Shown here one piece after another: positions 1 through 10,487 of a stretch of 35,617 nucleotides of DNA. Position 1 is the first letter of the stretch; each line of letters opens with the position of its first letter. The notes beneath the pieces were generated by a model that saw nothing but the letters and a program-made list of their open reading frames with translations, was not told the origin of the DNA and searched no databases. The translations under genes were made by a program, and so were the position numbers. This DNA comes from a virus (lineage: Duplodnaviria > Caudoviricetes): IMG/VR virus record IMGVR_UViG_3300025390_000021, positions 1-35,617 of that record. One strand, 5' to 3'.

Positions 1-1
1 T

Positions 2-3000
2 CGCCATTCTGAGGTAATCAAGCGGGCTTTTCGCCTTGGGTGGAATCTTGTTGACAGGCGCAGACCGCTTGTGCTCTCGCAACTCTTCACGCATTTTATC
101 CAGCAACTTCGATCCTGTCTTGTTATCTCCACCGCCTAAAGCGGTAACAAATGCAGCCGGTAACACATATTCACCGTCAGCGATCTTGGCGGGAACTGGA
201 CTGGCAGAACCGCCGTGAGCGTGATGGGGGATCTGGTTGCGGAAATGCTCTAACGCCTGAGCGCCTGCTTTGCTGGAACCGTCACCCAACTGGGCCACGG
301 AATCAGCGTCAATCACATAGTCACCGTCATGAAGCATGGCAGGGATGTCGTCTGACTGGCCAGTGCCACGTCCAGCCGCGTAATAGCCCGTTTGGCCGGT
401 GATAAATTCTGGGTGATGTCCTTCAGGCGCCTCGGGGTGATAACGCGCTGGAAGGCCTCCTTCAGCCATACCGCCCACACCAACAACTGGGCCGCCACCC
501 ATCAAATGGCTGCGCAACTCAGGATTGATTGAGTTGTACAACTGTTGAAGCGCCCTCGGTTTAACCGAGTTTATGTATTTTGTGCTTGACTCCAAGCCGG
601 TTGGTGCGGTGTTTTTCATAGGTGTTGGCTGGAAATCTCTACTAGCGTCAGACAAAACTTTTTGTAGGCTTGAAGAATTATCGTTATCAATTGAGTTCAA
701 TTGGTCAAGCAAAGTGCCGCCGTCACTCTTGTGGATAAGACCGCCATGAGCCGCTTGTTCTTCTGGCGCACTTTCTTCGGCGGGGGCTTTGATGTTTTGA
801 GCAGCCAACGCTTCTTTCAAGTCGGGGTCAAGCGAAGAATACAACTGATTCAAGGCAGCCATCTTGGCCATCTTTGTATGCGGATCAGTTGATTGCAACT
901 CAGACGTATCGTTGTTGAACTTGGGCATCATGGCCTGTGCTTTTGCTTGCTGTTGCGCTTGTTGCAACCCGGTTAAGCCAGAACTCAATCCTCCCAATGC
1001 AGCAATTGTTGATGCCTGATTTGAAGCAATTGTGGAGTTTGTCGCAGCATTTGCGGCCGCCGAAGCTTCAGCAGATTTTGCAATCTCGTCTTGAGTTTGC
1101 TTAGACAAGTCGTCGATATTTTGGTTGGTCGTATCCAAACCGGCTTGGGTTTGTTTCTGATAAGCATCTAACTGTCCTTGCACAGTTGCAATGCCTTGCT
1201 CATCCAAATTCTTGACCTGATCAATAGCGTCACCAAAACTGGTGCCCATGTTAGTCAAAGATTTTGCAAGATCAGCCTGAGCAGAACTTAGATTCTGAAA
1301 ATCAGATTGTTGTTGGCCAGACAACTGACCAAAATCAGTTTTTTCTTGCTCAGACAAATTGGCTACATTCTGATTGGTGGCCGCTATGTTTTGATTTGTG
1401 GTTTCTTGATTGGAAGCAACTGTGTTCCCCAAGGCAGAGAGTCCGGCTTGAGTTTGTTCTTGATAACCTTGCAGTTGGCCATTCAATGTCGCCAGACCCT
1501 GCTCATCAAGATTTTTCACTTGATTGATTGCATCACTTAAAGACGTGCCGGTTTCAGTCAACGCTTTTGCGGTTTCTTGTTGAGCCGTGCTCAAGGTGTT
1601 GAAATCTGTTTTCTCTTGATCGGATAAATTATTAACAGCCGCATTTTCAGATGCCGCATTTGCGTTGACAGTATTAGTTAAATTTGATAGGGCGCCTGTT
1701 GTTTGAGTTTGATTTGTATCAACCGTGCTCTTCAAAGCATCAATTGCCGAAGTGTTTTCCGCTGTGCCCGCCGCAACATTAGAAATTGCTGACGACAAAT
1801 TGCCAGTATCTTGCGCTTCTTTCAACGCTTGCGCTTGTTGATCAGTCGTCAACTGTGAAAATGCGGCTTTATCACTCGCAGACAAATTAGCCACAGCTTC
1901 ATTGGTAGAGGCTAAAGCAGAATTTGTGGTGGCCTGATTTGTGTTGACAGTATTGTTCAACGCATCCAAGGCCGACTTGTTTTCAGATAGACCAGTTTGT
2001 AGACCAGATACTTGGTTATTAACCCCAGCCAAGTTGCTGCTGACGATCTGGTTGACTTGATCGGCAGTCATGCCGGGATTGGCGGTCATCGCAGACTGAA
2101 TGTCAGCCTTAACTTGAGCCTCGGTTAAACCGGGGTTTGCTGCCATTTGTTGGGCAACAATCGTTTGAACGTCAGAAGCCGATAAACCGGGTGAGCCTGA
2201 CGATGCAGGAAGAGAAACTGACAGACCGCCTGAGTCACCGCCAGAAATATCGGTGTTATCGTTTGTTGTAGCAGGGGTTTCTTGGGATGTTACGTCCACG
2301 TTGGTCACCGTGCTCTCAGGATTGTTGGCTGGAGTCTCGCTCACGCCATTACTGTCTGATTGGTTGTTTGTCCCAGTAATCGCAATCACCGGTGTACCAT
2401 TTCGAGTTGGCAAAGAATCAATGCTGCCTGCGCTTGGAGGCGCACTACCGGGGACATTGGTCAACCCAGCGGTCATCGGGCCAGCAGGGCCAGCCGCAGT
2501 TAAACTGGGGTTTGAGAACACCAGATTGCCATTGGCATCAGTGGTTAGACCAGTTCCAGCCAGTGGATCATTAGAGGCTACTGTGGTTGATGGAAGTCCG
2601 CCACTTGGAATTGTGGTGTCAGCGCTTCCATTGTCTGGATTCAAGCTGGAACTGTTCATAGTTCCAATACCGCCAGTTTGACCGGCGGTAGGATTGCCAG
2701 CTAAATCTTTTAATGCGCCGCTGATCTGGCTGCCAACGTAGTTGCTACCAGCGCCGATTGCAGCATTGGTCAAAATTTGTGTTGGGTCTGCACCCTTCAA
2801 AGCAGCAGAAGTGGCGGCACCAGCAGCACCCGCCAAAGGTGCTGACAATAAGTTTGCCCCATTCTGGCCAAGCCCAGAAGAAACACCGCTACCAATACCG
2901 CTGATCAACGCATTGGTTGGGCTGGCACCAGTCACCATATTACCGACTGTTGAGCCAATGGTATTTGAAATTCCAGTTGTTAGGCCTTTATTTTGGCAAA

Positions 3001-3838
3001 CAAGGCAAGAAATAGTCGGGGACACCAAGTTGCTGACATTACTTCCAACCACACCGCCAACAAGACCCAAAGCACCACTCTCAAGGGCTTTTGTTGGATC
3101 TTGGCCAGATGCCAAAGACAAACCAGTCTTTAGGGCGGCATTCTTGATCGCCTGATCGGAAGGCATCAAGTTAAGGTTTGACAATGGGCTGGCGGCAGCA
3201 TCAGCAGCGCCTGCTCCAGCGGCGGCAGCAGTGCCCCCTGAAACCGCAGCAGAACCAGCGCCAGCAATAGTTGCCCCATCAGCACCAATAATTGACCCAT
3301 CAGCAAGAACGGTAGCGCCATTGGCAAGCACAGTTCCGGGCAATAAACTTCCAGTTGTTTCGGCAGCAGCACCACCCAATGACCCTAATGCGCCAAGATC
3401 GCCCAAGCCTGCTGTGGCAATGCCACCCAGAACTACTGGAACAATTTTAGACAATAAATTGCCAAAACTGTGTGCATCATCAGCAGCAGCTTGTGTCATT
3501 TTTTGTTGATAAGCTGGCCCACTATTGGTTGCCAAAAGATAGCCCTTAGCCGCTGGATCATACTGAGATATTTGTCCAGTTACTGGGTCATGGTAATAAT
3601 ACATATTGCCGCAGCAATTGCCGCCCGACGGCCTATATGTCCATCCAAATTGTGGGTTTAATACGCAAGTTGCAGTCAAATTGCATTGAATCGAATTCAA
3701 TGAAGACAACAGGCAAGAACACAATGCTTTACCTGCAATTGGCGCTCTTACAGAATTGCCAGAAGCAAAAGATGGCAAAGCACCAGCGCTCTGATTCTGT
3801 GCGCAACCGAACGATGGAAGTCCTTGAAGATGATTCAT
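2..3838 (-). CDS. Large ejection/internal virion protein (>=1279 aa, C-terminus runs off the window)
   Basis: I read the minus frame manually: ATG at 3838 (ATGA overlap with the upstream stop) and no stop down to base 2, which likely explains its absence from the ORF track. It has a Gly/Ala-rich hydrophobic N-region, Q/N-rich helical repeats, and a C-terminal GTGQSDDIPAMLHDGDYV...PAKIADGEYV tandem module. It lies downstream of the nozzle, where podovirus ejection genes usually sit. Confidence 0.8.
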   Translation of the reverse strand, partial: MNHLQGLPSFGCAQNQSAGALPSFASGNSVRAPIAGKALCSCLLSSLNSIQCNLTATCVLNPQFGWTYRPSGGNCCGNMYYYHDPVTGQISQYDPAAKGYLLATNSGPAYQQKMTQAAADDAHSFGNLLSKIVPVVLGGIATAGLGDLGALGSLGGAAAETTGSLLPGTVLANGATVLADGSIIGADGATIAGAGSAAVSGGTAAAAGAGAADAAASPLSNLNLMPSDQAIKNAALKTGLSLASGQDPTKALESGALGLVGGVVGSNVSNLVSPTISCLVCQNKGLTTGISNTIGSTVGNMVTGASPTNALISGIGSGVSSGLGQNGANLLSAPLAGAAGAATSAALKGADPTQILTNAAIGAGSNYVGSQISGALKDLAGNPTAGQTGGIGTMNSSSLNPDNGSADTTIPSGGLPSTTVASNDPLAGTGLTTDANGNLVFSNPSLTAAGPAGPMTAGLTNVPGSAPPSAGSIDSLPTRNGTPVIAITGTNNQSDSNGVSETPANNPESTVTNVDVTSQETPATTNDNTDISGGDSGGLSVSLPASSGSPGLSASDVQTIVAQQMAANPGLTEAQVKADIQSAMTANPGMTADQVNQIVSSNLAGVNNQVSGLQTGLSENKSALDALNNTVNTNQATTNSALASTNEAVANLSASDKAAFSQLTTDQQAQALKEAQDTGNLSSAISNVAAGTAENTSAIDALKSTVDTNQTQTTGALSNLTNTVNANAASENAAVNNLSDQEKTDFNTLSTAQQETAKALTETGTSLSDAINQVKNLDEQGLATLNGQLQGYQEQTQAGLSALGNTVASNQETTNQNIAATNQNVANLSEQEKTDFGQLSGQQQSDFQNLSSAQADLAKSLTNMGTSFGDAIDQVKNLDEQGIATVQGQLDAYQKQTQAGLDTTNQNIDDLSKQTQDEIAKSAEASAAANAATNSTIASNQASTIAALGGLSSGLTGLQQAQQQAKAQAMMPKFNNDTSELQSTDPHTKMAKMAALNQLYSSLDPDLKEALAAQNIKAPAEESAPEEQAAHGGLIHKSDGGTLLDQLNSIDNDNSSSLQKVLSDASRDFQPTPMKNTAPTGLESSTKYINSVKPRALQQLYNSINPELRSHLMGGGPVVGVGGMAEGGLPARYHPEAPEGHHPEFITGQTGYYAAGRGTGQSDDIPAMLHDGDYVIDADSVAQLGDGSSKAGAQALEHFRNQIPHHAHGGSASPVPAKIADGEYVLPAAFVTALGGGDNKTGSKLLDKMREELREHKRSAPVNKIPPKAKSPLDYLRMA
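1130..2195 (-). repeat. Internal protein repeats in the ejection protein
   Basis: Three ~19-aa PG[LM][ST]xxxV units (SPGLSASDV, NPGLTEAQV, NPGMTADQV). Also two ~101-aa helical units (DAINQVKNLDEQGLA / DAIDQVKNLDEQGIA, 303 nt apart) plus a partial third (VANLSASDK). Confidence 0.75.
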
Positions 3839-4068
3839 GATGTGATGCTCATAATCCCGCACATAGACTCTGCCCAACCACGCCAATCACTGAATTGACG
3901 TGCGTCAGGAATACCAGACTGCACGAAGTAACCAATACCGTTTAACCCGTCGACCCAGTCCATCCAATGCTCTTCGTCAACATGGCCAAGCTGATTCGGA
4001 GCAAACAACTCCTCCATCAGTTTGCAATACTGATCCCAAGTCATCCCTCTGGGGTCGTAGGTGATCAT
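3835..4068 (-). CDS. Trp-rich small hypothetical protein (tail-associated?)
   Basis: 77 aa, translationally coupled on both sides (ATGA overlaps), WDQY..W.DW..SDWRGW pattern. Confidence 0.75.
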   Translation of the reverse strand: MITYDPRGMTWDQYCKLMEELFAPNQLGHVDEEHWMDWVDGLNGIGYFVQSGIPDARQFSDWRGWAESMCGIMSITS

Positions 4069-6059
4069 GGGTTGCCCGTTCCGCGAACGTCGCCGGTTTC
4101 GATGCCGAGGATGATCTTACCCATTTGATAGTCGCCATTGAACGTGTTCGACTCAAAACGCAAGCGCATTTCACGACGTTGTTCACGCATGTCAATTTTC
4201 AAAGTGGTGGGATCGAAATTGTAGGGCAGAGAAGGCTCATCAGTGCCATCGGCATAACCCTTACCCGTCACGATCACGTCCATCGCGCCGCTTTGGATAA
4301 AGTTAGGCTCAACACGATCCAAACGAGTCCAGTTGTTTGCGCCGGGTTGTTGGGTTGAACCAACCAGACCAGCCAAACTGCCCAGAATAGGTGTTTCAAA
4401 CGCCGAGTAAATGGCATCGACATTCGTCAAATAAACTTGATCTGTGCCGGTTTCGTGTTGCCAGATGGTGTAACCATTGGCTGTGATTGTTGTGGCGCCT
4501 ACAGCGGTGCTGGTGGGGTTTGAAACCGTGTAAGTTCCTGTTCCACCCGAGCCAGTTCCCAAGCCAGTAATGACCATCTGATCCGGTACACCCAAGCCTT
4601 GGAGAATCTGACCCACAAAGATGGTTCCATAGTTAACAGAGGTAACGGTCAACGTAGTAGTAGTGACCGAGCCTTCAAACGAAACAATCGGAGTGGCGTC
4701 CGTGCCACCACAGATGGGTTTCGGGAACACTTCAGTAAACGTGCCAGCAGACCGGTTAGCGCCCGGTGCAGAGCCAGCGTCGTACCAAATCTTGTCTTTG
4801 ACGTTGTAAATGATGGCGTCAGTACATTCAGTCGCATCACCACGCGGATAGAACCACCAGATTTCGTTGTAGCGAGGAACTTTAGATACCCACACCTTTT
4901 GGCGCTGGCTGAAGTTCACGTTATCAAAGAACCAGTTTAAATTCTGATCATTCTTGATTTCTTGCACCGTACCGTTGTACATCAAGAACCGATCCACGCC
5001 GCACCAGTAGTAAATGCCATCGTATTCAATGACGGAACTGGACGACATGATCGAACTTTGTTGGGTGATCAAGTCATAGCGCCAGTAGAACGTCGATGAC
5101 GTGGTTCCTGTGGTGACTGTTGTTGGGGTGTAGGACACGCGTATAACCGAATCCAGCGACCAGAACAGCCCAGAAGGTGATGTAGTACCACCACGAACTG
5201 GAAGCCCCTTCACGATCTTTGTAGAGGCCACGTTGTTGGCGTTGGCGTCAGACGATGTCCAGTTGGTGAAGTCACCAGCCGCACAGTTTTGGATCAGCCC
5301 GTTGTTGCCGTACACAAACAAATAAGGGTACAGCATCACAACACCGCCAGACACGGAGATGTTGTTGTCGAATGTCAGGGTCACCGTGCCAGATGCGGTG
5401 GCGGCATTGTTCAAAGTCGCAGTCCACACCCCAGCCACGGTGGTGGCAGACACCACATAAGTGTTGGCGGGGATGCCAGTTCCAGTTACGGTTACCCCCG
5501 GCCCAATGCCAGCGATGGTCGAAGCAAACGTGACGGTTTTCAGCGTATTTGTTGTTGTCCCTGCGGCCGTAAACACACCAACTGGCGTTAGAGTTGTACC
5601 AGTAAACGCACCAAACAATGGGCGGGTGTTGGTAGTGCTGGAGATGTATTGAAGATTTTGTCCGGGGTGAGCGATTAACTGAAGTTGGTTGCCGCCAGTT
5701 GAATCCCAACCAATGTCAAACTGCCACAAGTTATTGGCGCTTGGCGTGAATGTCGGTGCGGTTGGCAACGAGAACGGTGTTGGCCCAGTACCAATAGCAG
5801 TCACGTTGTTGGTGACCCATTGTTGAATGCCTGCGCTGTAGCCAGAGATGATGTAGTTGAGGCCGTTTGAGGCGCTCATGGTAAGACCACGAGAGATGCC
5901 CGAAGCGTTCAAGAAGGCGCCGGTGTAGCCGCCAATCTTTCTAGGCAGGCCACGCTGGAAACGCACCCACTCACCGTCGACATAGGACGGCGCAGCAAAT
6001 TGAGTTCCATCCCGCTGTATACCCGGCGGGATTTGTAGGGCAATGACTTTATCGGTCAA
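4065..6059 (-). CDS. Tail nozzle / DNA-stabilisation protein (P22 gp10 / T7 gp12-like, probable beta-propeller)
   Basis: 664 aa. N-terminal PGIQRDGT...DGEWVRF..G.PRKIGG, then YNEIWWFYP and IWQHETG, and a C-terminal LRFESN...MGK. Size and position fit a podovirus nozzle. Confidence 0.65.
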   Translation of the reverse strand: MTDKVIALQIPPGIQRDGTQFAAPSYVDGEWVRFQRGLPRKIGGYTGAFLNASGISRGLTMSASNGLNYIISGYSAGIQQWVTNNVTAIGTGPTPFSLPTAPTFTPSANNLWQFDIGWDSTGGNQLQLIAHPGQNLQYISSTTNTRPLFGAFTGTTLTPVGVFTAAGTTTNTLKTVTFASTIAGIGPGVTVTGTGIPANTYVVSATTVAGVWTATLNNAATASGTVTLTFDNNISVSGGVVMLYPYLFVYGNNGLIQNCAAGDFTNWTSSDANANNVASTKIVKGLPVRGGTTSPSGLFWSLDSVIRVSYTPTTVTTGTTSSTFYWRYDLITQQSSIMSSSSVIEYDGIYYWCGVDRFLMYNGTVQEIKNDQNLNWFFDNVNFSQRQKVWVSKVPRYNEIWWFYPRGDATECTDAIIYNVKDKIWYDAGSAPGANRSAGTFTEVFPKPICGGTDATPIVSFEGSVTTTTLTVTSVNYGTIFVGQILQGLGVPDQMVITGLGTGSGGTGTYTVSNPTSTAVGATTITANGYTIWQHETGTDQVYLTNVDAIYSAFETPILGSLAGLVGSTQQPGANNWTRLDRVEPNFIQSGAMDVIVTGKGYADGTDEPSLPYNFDPTTLKIDMREQRREMRLRFESNTFNGDYQMGKIILGIETGDVRGTGNP

Positions 6060-7492
6060 AACGTGCCCCCGCTTATGCCGTTAAGAACGGTCAACCCGGT
6101 TGAACTGAAATAAGCTGCCTCAGAACCAGCCACCGTAATACCCAATTGGTTTGAGTTGGGGACATACAAACCAGTATTTGTGTTGCCGGTAAAGTTCAAC
6201 GATGGGTTTGTTGATGAGCCAACATTCAATGTCAACGTGCCAACACTGTTCGAAACTGTTGAAACGGCGTATACGTTCGTGCCATCGCAAACCATGGCAA
6301 TCGTGGTGCTATTCGGAACAGTTGTTGTTGCACCGCCAGCCACACTGGTCTTGAAGGTCATCGTATACGAGCCACTCGTATTATTGGTGATGACGTAGAA
6401 CTGAACCGTGGAAGGAACAACCACGTTTGTGTTTTGGCTCAGGACACCTGAATACTCTTGAAGGGTATACGAGGCTTGCGTTGCAGACAGCGTGATCGTG
6501 GCGCCAGCACCGGTGACAGAGATTTGTTCTTGCGTGAAGTTGAACAACGTGCTCTGGCCATAACCCCAAGTGCTGTAACCAGTTGATCCATCAGAAACCA
6601 GAGAGAACGACTCACCGATCTGCAACTGGGTTGATGTTCCCGCTCCGTCTATCTGGTCGGTGCCACTGGTCTGAATAGTCAGGATGCCAGTACCGTTGTT
6701 CTTGACAATGGTGAACCAGTTGATCCCGACAGTCGCAGATGATGGCAACGTAATCGTGCCAGCGCCACCTTCCCAGACCGACAACTGCGATTGAGCATTT
6801 GCGCTCAGAGTTGAATTGGAGTAGTAGTTCACCAAAGGCGTTGTGGTGTTCAGCGTGTTACCGATGGCATCCAAGCCATACCCAGCCAGAGTGGCCGCAT
6901 TGGCAGACGATGTACCAGCACCAAACTGGACTTCAGTCCATGTTCCGTTGACCGTGCTGTTGTTGGTCAGCCAGATGTAATACGCAATGCCGGGAGCCAC
7001 AGAAACAACCGAGTTGCCAGAGTTGTCAGCCACCGTGAAAGTGTAAGAGCCAACGTTGCGCACGATGATGGCTTGGCCGGTCGACACCTGAGTGGCAGGG
7101 GGCAACTCCAAAAGCAACGCAGAGGCCGTAATAGCCTCAGCCGTGCCGATTGTTTGCGAGATGCTGATGATGTATGTGCCGGTGCTTCCAGAGCCGCTTC
7201 CAAGGGCTGTAATGGTCGTCCCTGCGGCGATGTTCGTGCCGATGATAGTTTGGCCAACTTGAACCACGCCAGAGGTCACAGAGGTCACAGTCAGGGTCGT
7301 GCCTGAGATAGTTCCCCGGAACGATGCCGCACCAATGGTTGCGGTCACGTCAATGATGTTCGCCGAGGTGACGGCGTCATTACCGTTGATCGGCCACTCA
7401 AGAGGCGTGTTAGCGCTGATCGTCAGCGACTCGTAAGAGACTTGGCTCGGTGAAATCGTCTGGCCAGTAAATGGCGATGTATATGTGGTCAT
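6056..7492 (-). CDS. Tail structural protein, beta-rich
   Basis: 478 aa, Thr/Ser/Gly-rich, repeated (T/E)LP...G...(I)V(R/K)N.G motifs, ends NGISGGTF. Confidence 0.65.
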   Translation of the reverse strand: MTTYTSPFTGQTISPSQVSYESLTISANTPLEWPINGNDAVTSANIIDVTATIGAASFRGTISGTTLTVTSVTSGVVQVGQTIIGTNIAAGTTITALGSGSGSTGTYIISISQTIGTAEAITASALLLELPPATQVSTGQAIIVRNVGSYTFTVADNSGNSVVSVAPGIAYYIWLTNNSTVNGTWTEVQFGAGTSSANAATLAGYGLDAIGNTLNTTTPLVNYYSNSTLSANAQSQLSVWEGGAGTITLPSSATVGINWFTIVKNNGTGILTIQTSGTDQIDGAGTSTQLQIGESFSLVSDGSTGYSTWGYGQSTLFNFTQEQISVTGAGATITLSATQASYTLQEYSGVLSQNTNVVVPSTVQFYVITNNTSGSYTMTFKTSVAGGATTTVPNSTTIAMVCDGTNVYAVSTVSNSVGTLTLNVGSSTNPSLNFTGNTNTGLYVPNSNQLGITVAGSEAAYFSSTGLTVLNGISGGTF

Positions 7493-7500
7493 GGTTTGCC

Positions 7501-8142
7501 TTAACTGTCAACAGCCACCGCAGAACGGTCGCCAACGCGGGATACGTCTTCGGTCTTGAGGGCGTTCAATGCTTCGGTAAACATCTGACTCCACAGAGCC
7601 AGTCGAGCATCGTTCTTCAAGAATGGGGCTGTTTGTTTCAATGTGCCAAACAGCATGGCATTGGGTGCATTCTGTGTGAGCCAGTTGGTTTGATTGTTTG
7701 AGTCCAGCGGCTGGAGTCGGGTGTAGCACAAAGCCTCAAAGCTGTATGCCGCATCAGGTGTAGGCGCCACAAACCAATGATCGTAATCGTAGTCAGCGTA
7801 ATACAGCGGCTGTGCGGTTGCGCTCACCACGGGCCAGTAGTTGTTTAGGTATTCCAGTTTGCGCAGCAGCAAAGGTTGTTTGTTTCCAGAACCGTCCACC
7901 AGTGTCATGGACACAGTCTTGCGCCAACGTGCAGGCTTTTGGATAACTGCGCTACCAGCTTGGAGGGTTGAATCAACAACTTCCAGTTGGCCCAATGTTT
8001 TGATTTCTTGGGCGATCTCAAACTCAGCCAAAGAAATGGCTGTGGGGATGAAGTTAACGACCGCTTGGTCTTTCCGCTCCAAGTACTGAAGGACGGTACT
8101 CGTTAGGGAATCATAGGTGAGGACAAAGCTTGGTGTGGTCAT
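7501..8142 (-). CDS. Head-tail adaptor protein
   Basis: 213 aa. TYDSL...[28 protein letters not shown]...AP..LFG.L....FLK, a pattern typical of podophage adaptors. Confidence 0.7.
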   Translation of the reverse strand: MTTPSFVLTYDSLTSTVLQYLERKDQAVVNFIPTAISLAEFEIAQEIKTLGQLEVVDSTLQAGSAVIQKPARWRKTVSMTLVDGSGNKQPLLLRKLEYLNNYWPVVSATAQPLYYADYDYDHWFVAPTPDAAYSFEALCYTRLQPLDSNNQTNWLTQNAPNAMLFGTLKQTAPFLKNDARLALWSQMFTEALNALKTEDVSRVGDRSAVAVDS

Positions 8143-8147
8143 ACCTT

Positions 8148-8176
8148 ATTTTCCCATTAGGAGGTGAGAACAGCAA
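8148..8176 (-). promoter_or_regulatory. Possible sigma70-like promoter for the adaptor/tail genes
   Basis: TTGCTG-17 nt-GAAAAT with TGn before the -10. The ATG at 8142 lies only 5 nt downstream, so the mRNA would be nearly leaderless. Imperfect -10. Confidence 0.3.
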
Positions 8177-8756
8177 GCGCATGTTCTGCGTGTTTACGGC
8201 GTTCTTCAAGGCCAATTGTGCCACCGTTAATAATTTTTGTGCATTTGATGAAGTCCCAAGCCTCGGCCGGGGCGTTCAACTTGTGCGTGTCCCAAAACCA
8301 ACCAGCGGTCAGGGCTGCGTATTCTGGGGTGGCGATGAGTTCGGGGTGCATGACGAAGTCGAACCCAAGCGCTTGTCCCGCGTGATAATAATTTGCGTGG
8401 CCGGTAAGCTGAACGCATCCCCGCCCTCGAAAACGAAACCCGTCGCCAGAAGCTTCGTCACGGTTGCCCATTCGGTTTGCGTAAACCATGTTGGCAATTT
8501 TCTTTGGGTTTCCTGCATATTGATTGGCAATCTCTTGTGTGGGGAAGCGTTTATCCCAAAGCCGCATCAACGTAGCCGCTTTGTAATTTAGGTTTTCTTC
8601 AAGAATCTTAAAGTTAGCGCACTCATGCCCACATTGCCCAATGAACATGGCTTGTTGCTTGGGCGTGGCGATGTGGAACCGCTCAAAGGTCTTGTTCAAG
8701 CCATCAACCCACGCGGGGCTGATACCCAGCTTTTGAAGTTGATCACTGTTTAACAT
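8157..8756 (-). CDS. Endolysin, glycoside hydrolase family 19 (chitinase-like)
   Basis: AMFIGQCGHEC, EENLNY, YANRMGN, GDGFRFRGRGCVQLTG..NY, TKIINGGTIGLEER: canonical phage GH19 motifs. Confidence 0.92.
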   Translation of the reverse strand: MLNSDQLQKLGISPAWVDGLNKTFERFHIATPKQQAMFIGQCGHECANFKILEENLNYKAATLMRLWDKRFPTQEIANQYAGNPKKIANMVYANRMGNRDEASGDGFRFRGRGCVQLTGHANYYHAGQALGFDFVMHPELIATPEYAALTAGWFWDTHKLNAPAEAWDFIKCTKIINGGTIGLEERRKHAEHALAVLTS

Positions 8757-9324
8757 TGACCTTGTCCTTTACTGCGTTATAGGTGTCGATGCAGGCGTTG
8801 AGGCGGGTGATGGCTGTGTCGCCTTCTGCTGCGATGGTGACAATATCTTTAAGAGCCTGTCGCTCAGATTCGGCTCCATCTTTTGTATCTCCTCCGGCAG
8901 TTCCGGCATCTGTACTGGCTTGAACACTACAGGTGGAGGGGAAGCGCAACTCGCCAGAGTCAATGCGCTTAAAAGTATCAGTCTTTTTGGCTTGAATAGC
9001 ATTGTTTGCCTTTCGGAGTGCTGCGGTCTTGTCTTTTAAGGTTTGGGCCAACTCAGCCTCTTTGGCGCGGGCTTCGGCGTTCAATCGGTCGATCTCGGCT
9101 TTGTCTTCAGCCACACGGCGCTCATAGCCCTTGTGATCTGCAACGTAATAACCGCCACCCAGAGCCATTACCACGCCACCGATTTGCATCAGCAGGGCAT
9201 AGGTGGCGATCACCGGCAGCAGTTTGGCGAAGTAACTGACCCCATACAAGGCCACGCCAGCGATCATGGCCGCACAGGCGATGACGTAGAACAAATCACT
9301 GAAGAAGGTAAGGAACCAAGTCAT
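8743..9324 (-). CDS. Rz: Inner-membrane spanin (Rz-like)
   Basis: Hydrophobic N-terminal segments, a coiled coil, DSGELR and AAEGDTAITRLNACIDTY motifs; contains an embedded lipoprotein ORF. Confidence 0.8.
   Translation of the reverse strand: MTWFLTFFSDLFYVIACAAMIAGVALYGVSYFAKLLPVIATYALLMQIGGVVMALGGGYYVADHKGYERRVAEDKAEIDRLNAEARAKEAELAQTLKDKTAALRKANNAIQAKKTDTFKRIDSGELRFPSTCSVQASTDAGTAGGDTKDGAESERQALKDIVTIAAEGDTAITRLNACIDTYNAVKDKVNVKQ
8769..9002 (-). CDS. Rz1: Outer-membrane spanin (Rz1-like lipoprotein), embedded in Rz
   Basis: Basic N-terminus, hydrophobic core and lipobox LASC, followed by a Pro-rich mature region. Fully nested in another frame of Rz. Confidence 0.8.
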   Translation of the reverse strand: MLFKPKRLILLSALTLASCASPPPVVFKPVQMPELPEEIQKMEPNLSDRLLKILSPSQQKATQPSPASTPASTPITQ

Positions 9325-9845
9325 TCTGCGTCCTTTGCGGCTGCACGTTCATTGGCAATCTCTTCACGCTCTGGGTGTAAGTGATCCGGCGCTGTCGTGG
9401 GCGGTGGAGGGGGGCGCCAGTCTTCGTCGAACGTAGGGTTCACAAACGTGGGCATAGCGCCGAAAGCTTGGCTTTGCTGTGGCACACCCATAGGCATCGT
9501 GGGCTGGCCCATTTGCTGGCCATAGCATGGTTGCATTGTTGGCGTATTGGTGGCCGCTTTGACCCCCGCCAAGGTGCCTGCAACGCCGCCAGCGACCCGT
9601 TTGCCGACGATACCACCTATACCCCCAACCAACAGCAAAACGATGTCGTTGAGCATCTTTGTGTAGGCTTGGTCGATGGGAGCCATTGCCTTGATTGGTT
9701 GCACCACGAAAGTGACCGAATAAAGCAAGCAGATAACGATGAAGAACAGAATACCCGTGATGGCAAGCACCACGATAGCCCAGATGCGGACTTCGATGTC
9801 TTCAGCGCTTAGGCGGTGATCCGGGTGGTTGCTGAACAGATTCAA
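9321..9845 (-). CDS. Two-TM membrane protein (holin-like)
   Basis: Two hydrophobic segments (IWAIVVLAITGILFFIVICLLY; IVLLLVGGIGGIVG), Pro/Gln-rich tail, located in the lysis cluster. Confidence 0.6.
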   Translation of the reverse strand: MNLFSNHPDHRLSAEDIEVRIWAIVVLAITGILFFIVICLLYSVTFVVQPIKAMAPIDQAYTKMLNDIVLLLVGGIGGIVGKRVAGGVAGTLAGVKAATNTPTMQPCYGQQMGQPTMPMGVPQQSQAFGAMPTFVNPTFDEDWRPPPPPTTAPDHLHPEREEIANERAAAKDAE

Positions 9846-10023
9846 CTTGTTTCTCCAGAACTGGGGCGACTAAATAGTCGGGACACGTCTGCGTGAACAG
9901 ACACCGAGGACGTTGGCACTCAGGGTCTTGGAAGTGATCAAAGTCCTGACAGGTATATCGATACCGGTCAGAGCAACCACTAAGTGCGATGATGATGAGC
10001 AGGCTTGGCAGCAGCTTTCGCAT
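9802..10023 (-). CDS. Small Cys-rich lipoprotein
   Basis: Likely start MRKLLPSLLIIIALSGC (lipobox LSGC, ATG 10023). Mature part has 4 further Cys (DRYRYTCQD..ECQRPRC....CP). Confidence 0.75.
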   Translation of the reverse strand: MRKLLPSLLIIIALSGCSDRYRYTCQDFDHFQDPECQRPRCLFTQTCPDYLVAPVLEKQVESVQQPPGSPPKR

Positions 10024-10486
10024 CTTGCACCTCTTGGAAGACGAAATACCCAAACACGGCTACAGCAACCAACAAAACAACCACCGCAATTGCGGTCATC
10101 AACTCTTCGAATTCTGCTTTTTTGGCCTTGGCTCGGTCTTCAGCAGCTTTCTCGGCAAACTTGTCAGCTTTGTCCATGCTGGCTGCACGGCTTTTAATGT
10201 TGTTCCAAACATCTACTTTTCCTGCTTGCATGAACAGAATTTGCAATTCAGCTTCAAACTGTTTGGATTGCTCCAGCGCCATTTCAAGTTGAATGGCTGT
10301 GCCCATGTTAGAGGCATTGCCAGAATCTTTAGCTTCTTTAATTGCTTGAACACCGTTGTTCTTGGCGTCGAAATACTTGCCCAACACAGGCCCAAGCGAG
10401 CCGACATCGTCGACCGTCTGACTCATCTTCTTGACGAGTTTTACGGCCGACTGTATCGCTGCGAGGGCTGAGATGGGATCAATCAT
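9980..10486 (-). CDS. Coiled-coil membrane protein with C-terminal TM helix
   Basis: 168 aa, MIDPISALAA start, helical body, TM segment AIAVVVLLVAVAVFGYFVF. Confidence 0.7.
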   Translation of the reverse strand: MIDPISALAAIQSAVKLVKKMSQTVDDVGSLGPVLGKYFDAKNNGVQAIKEAKDSGNASNMGTAIQLEMALEQSKQFEAELQILFMQAGKVDVWNNIKSRAASMDKADKFAEKAAEDRAKAKKAEFEELMTAIAVVVLLVAVAVFGYFVFQEVQDAKAAAKPAHHHRT

Positions 10487-10487
10487 T

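Noticed and set aside
1-3838. Apparent gene desert or pseudogene with only short ORFs
   Set aside because: Manual reading shows one uninterrupted minus-strand frame from 3838 to base 2; it simply has no stop inside the window.
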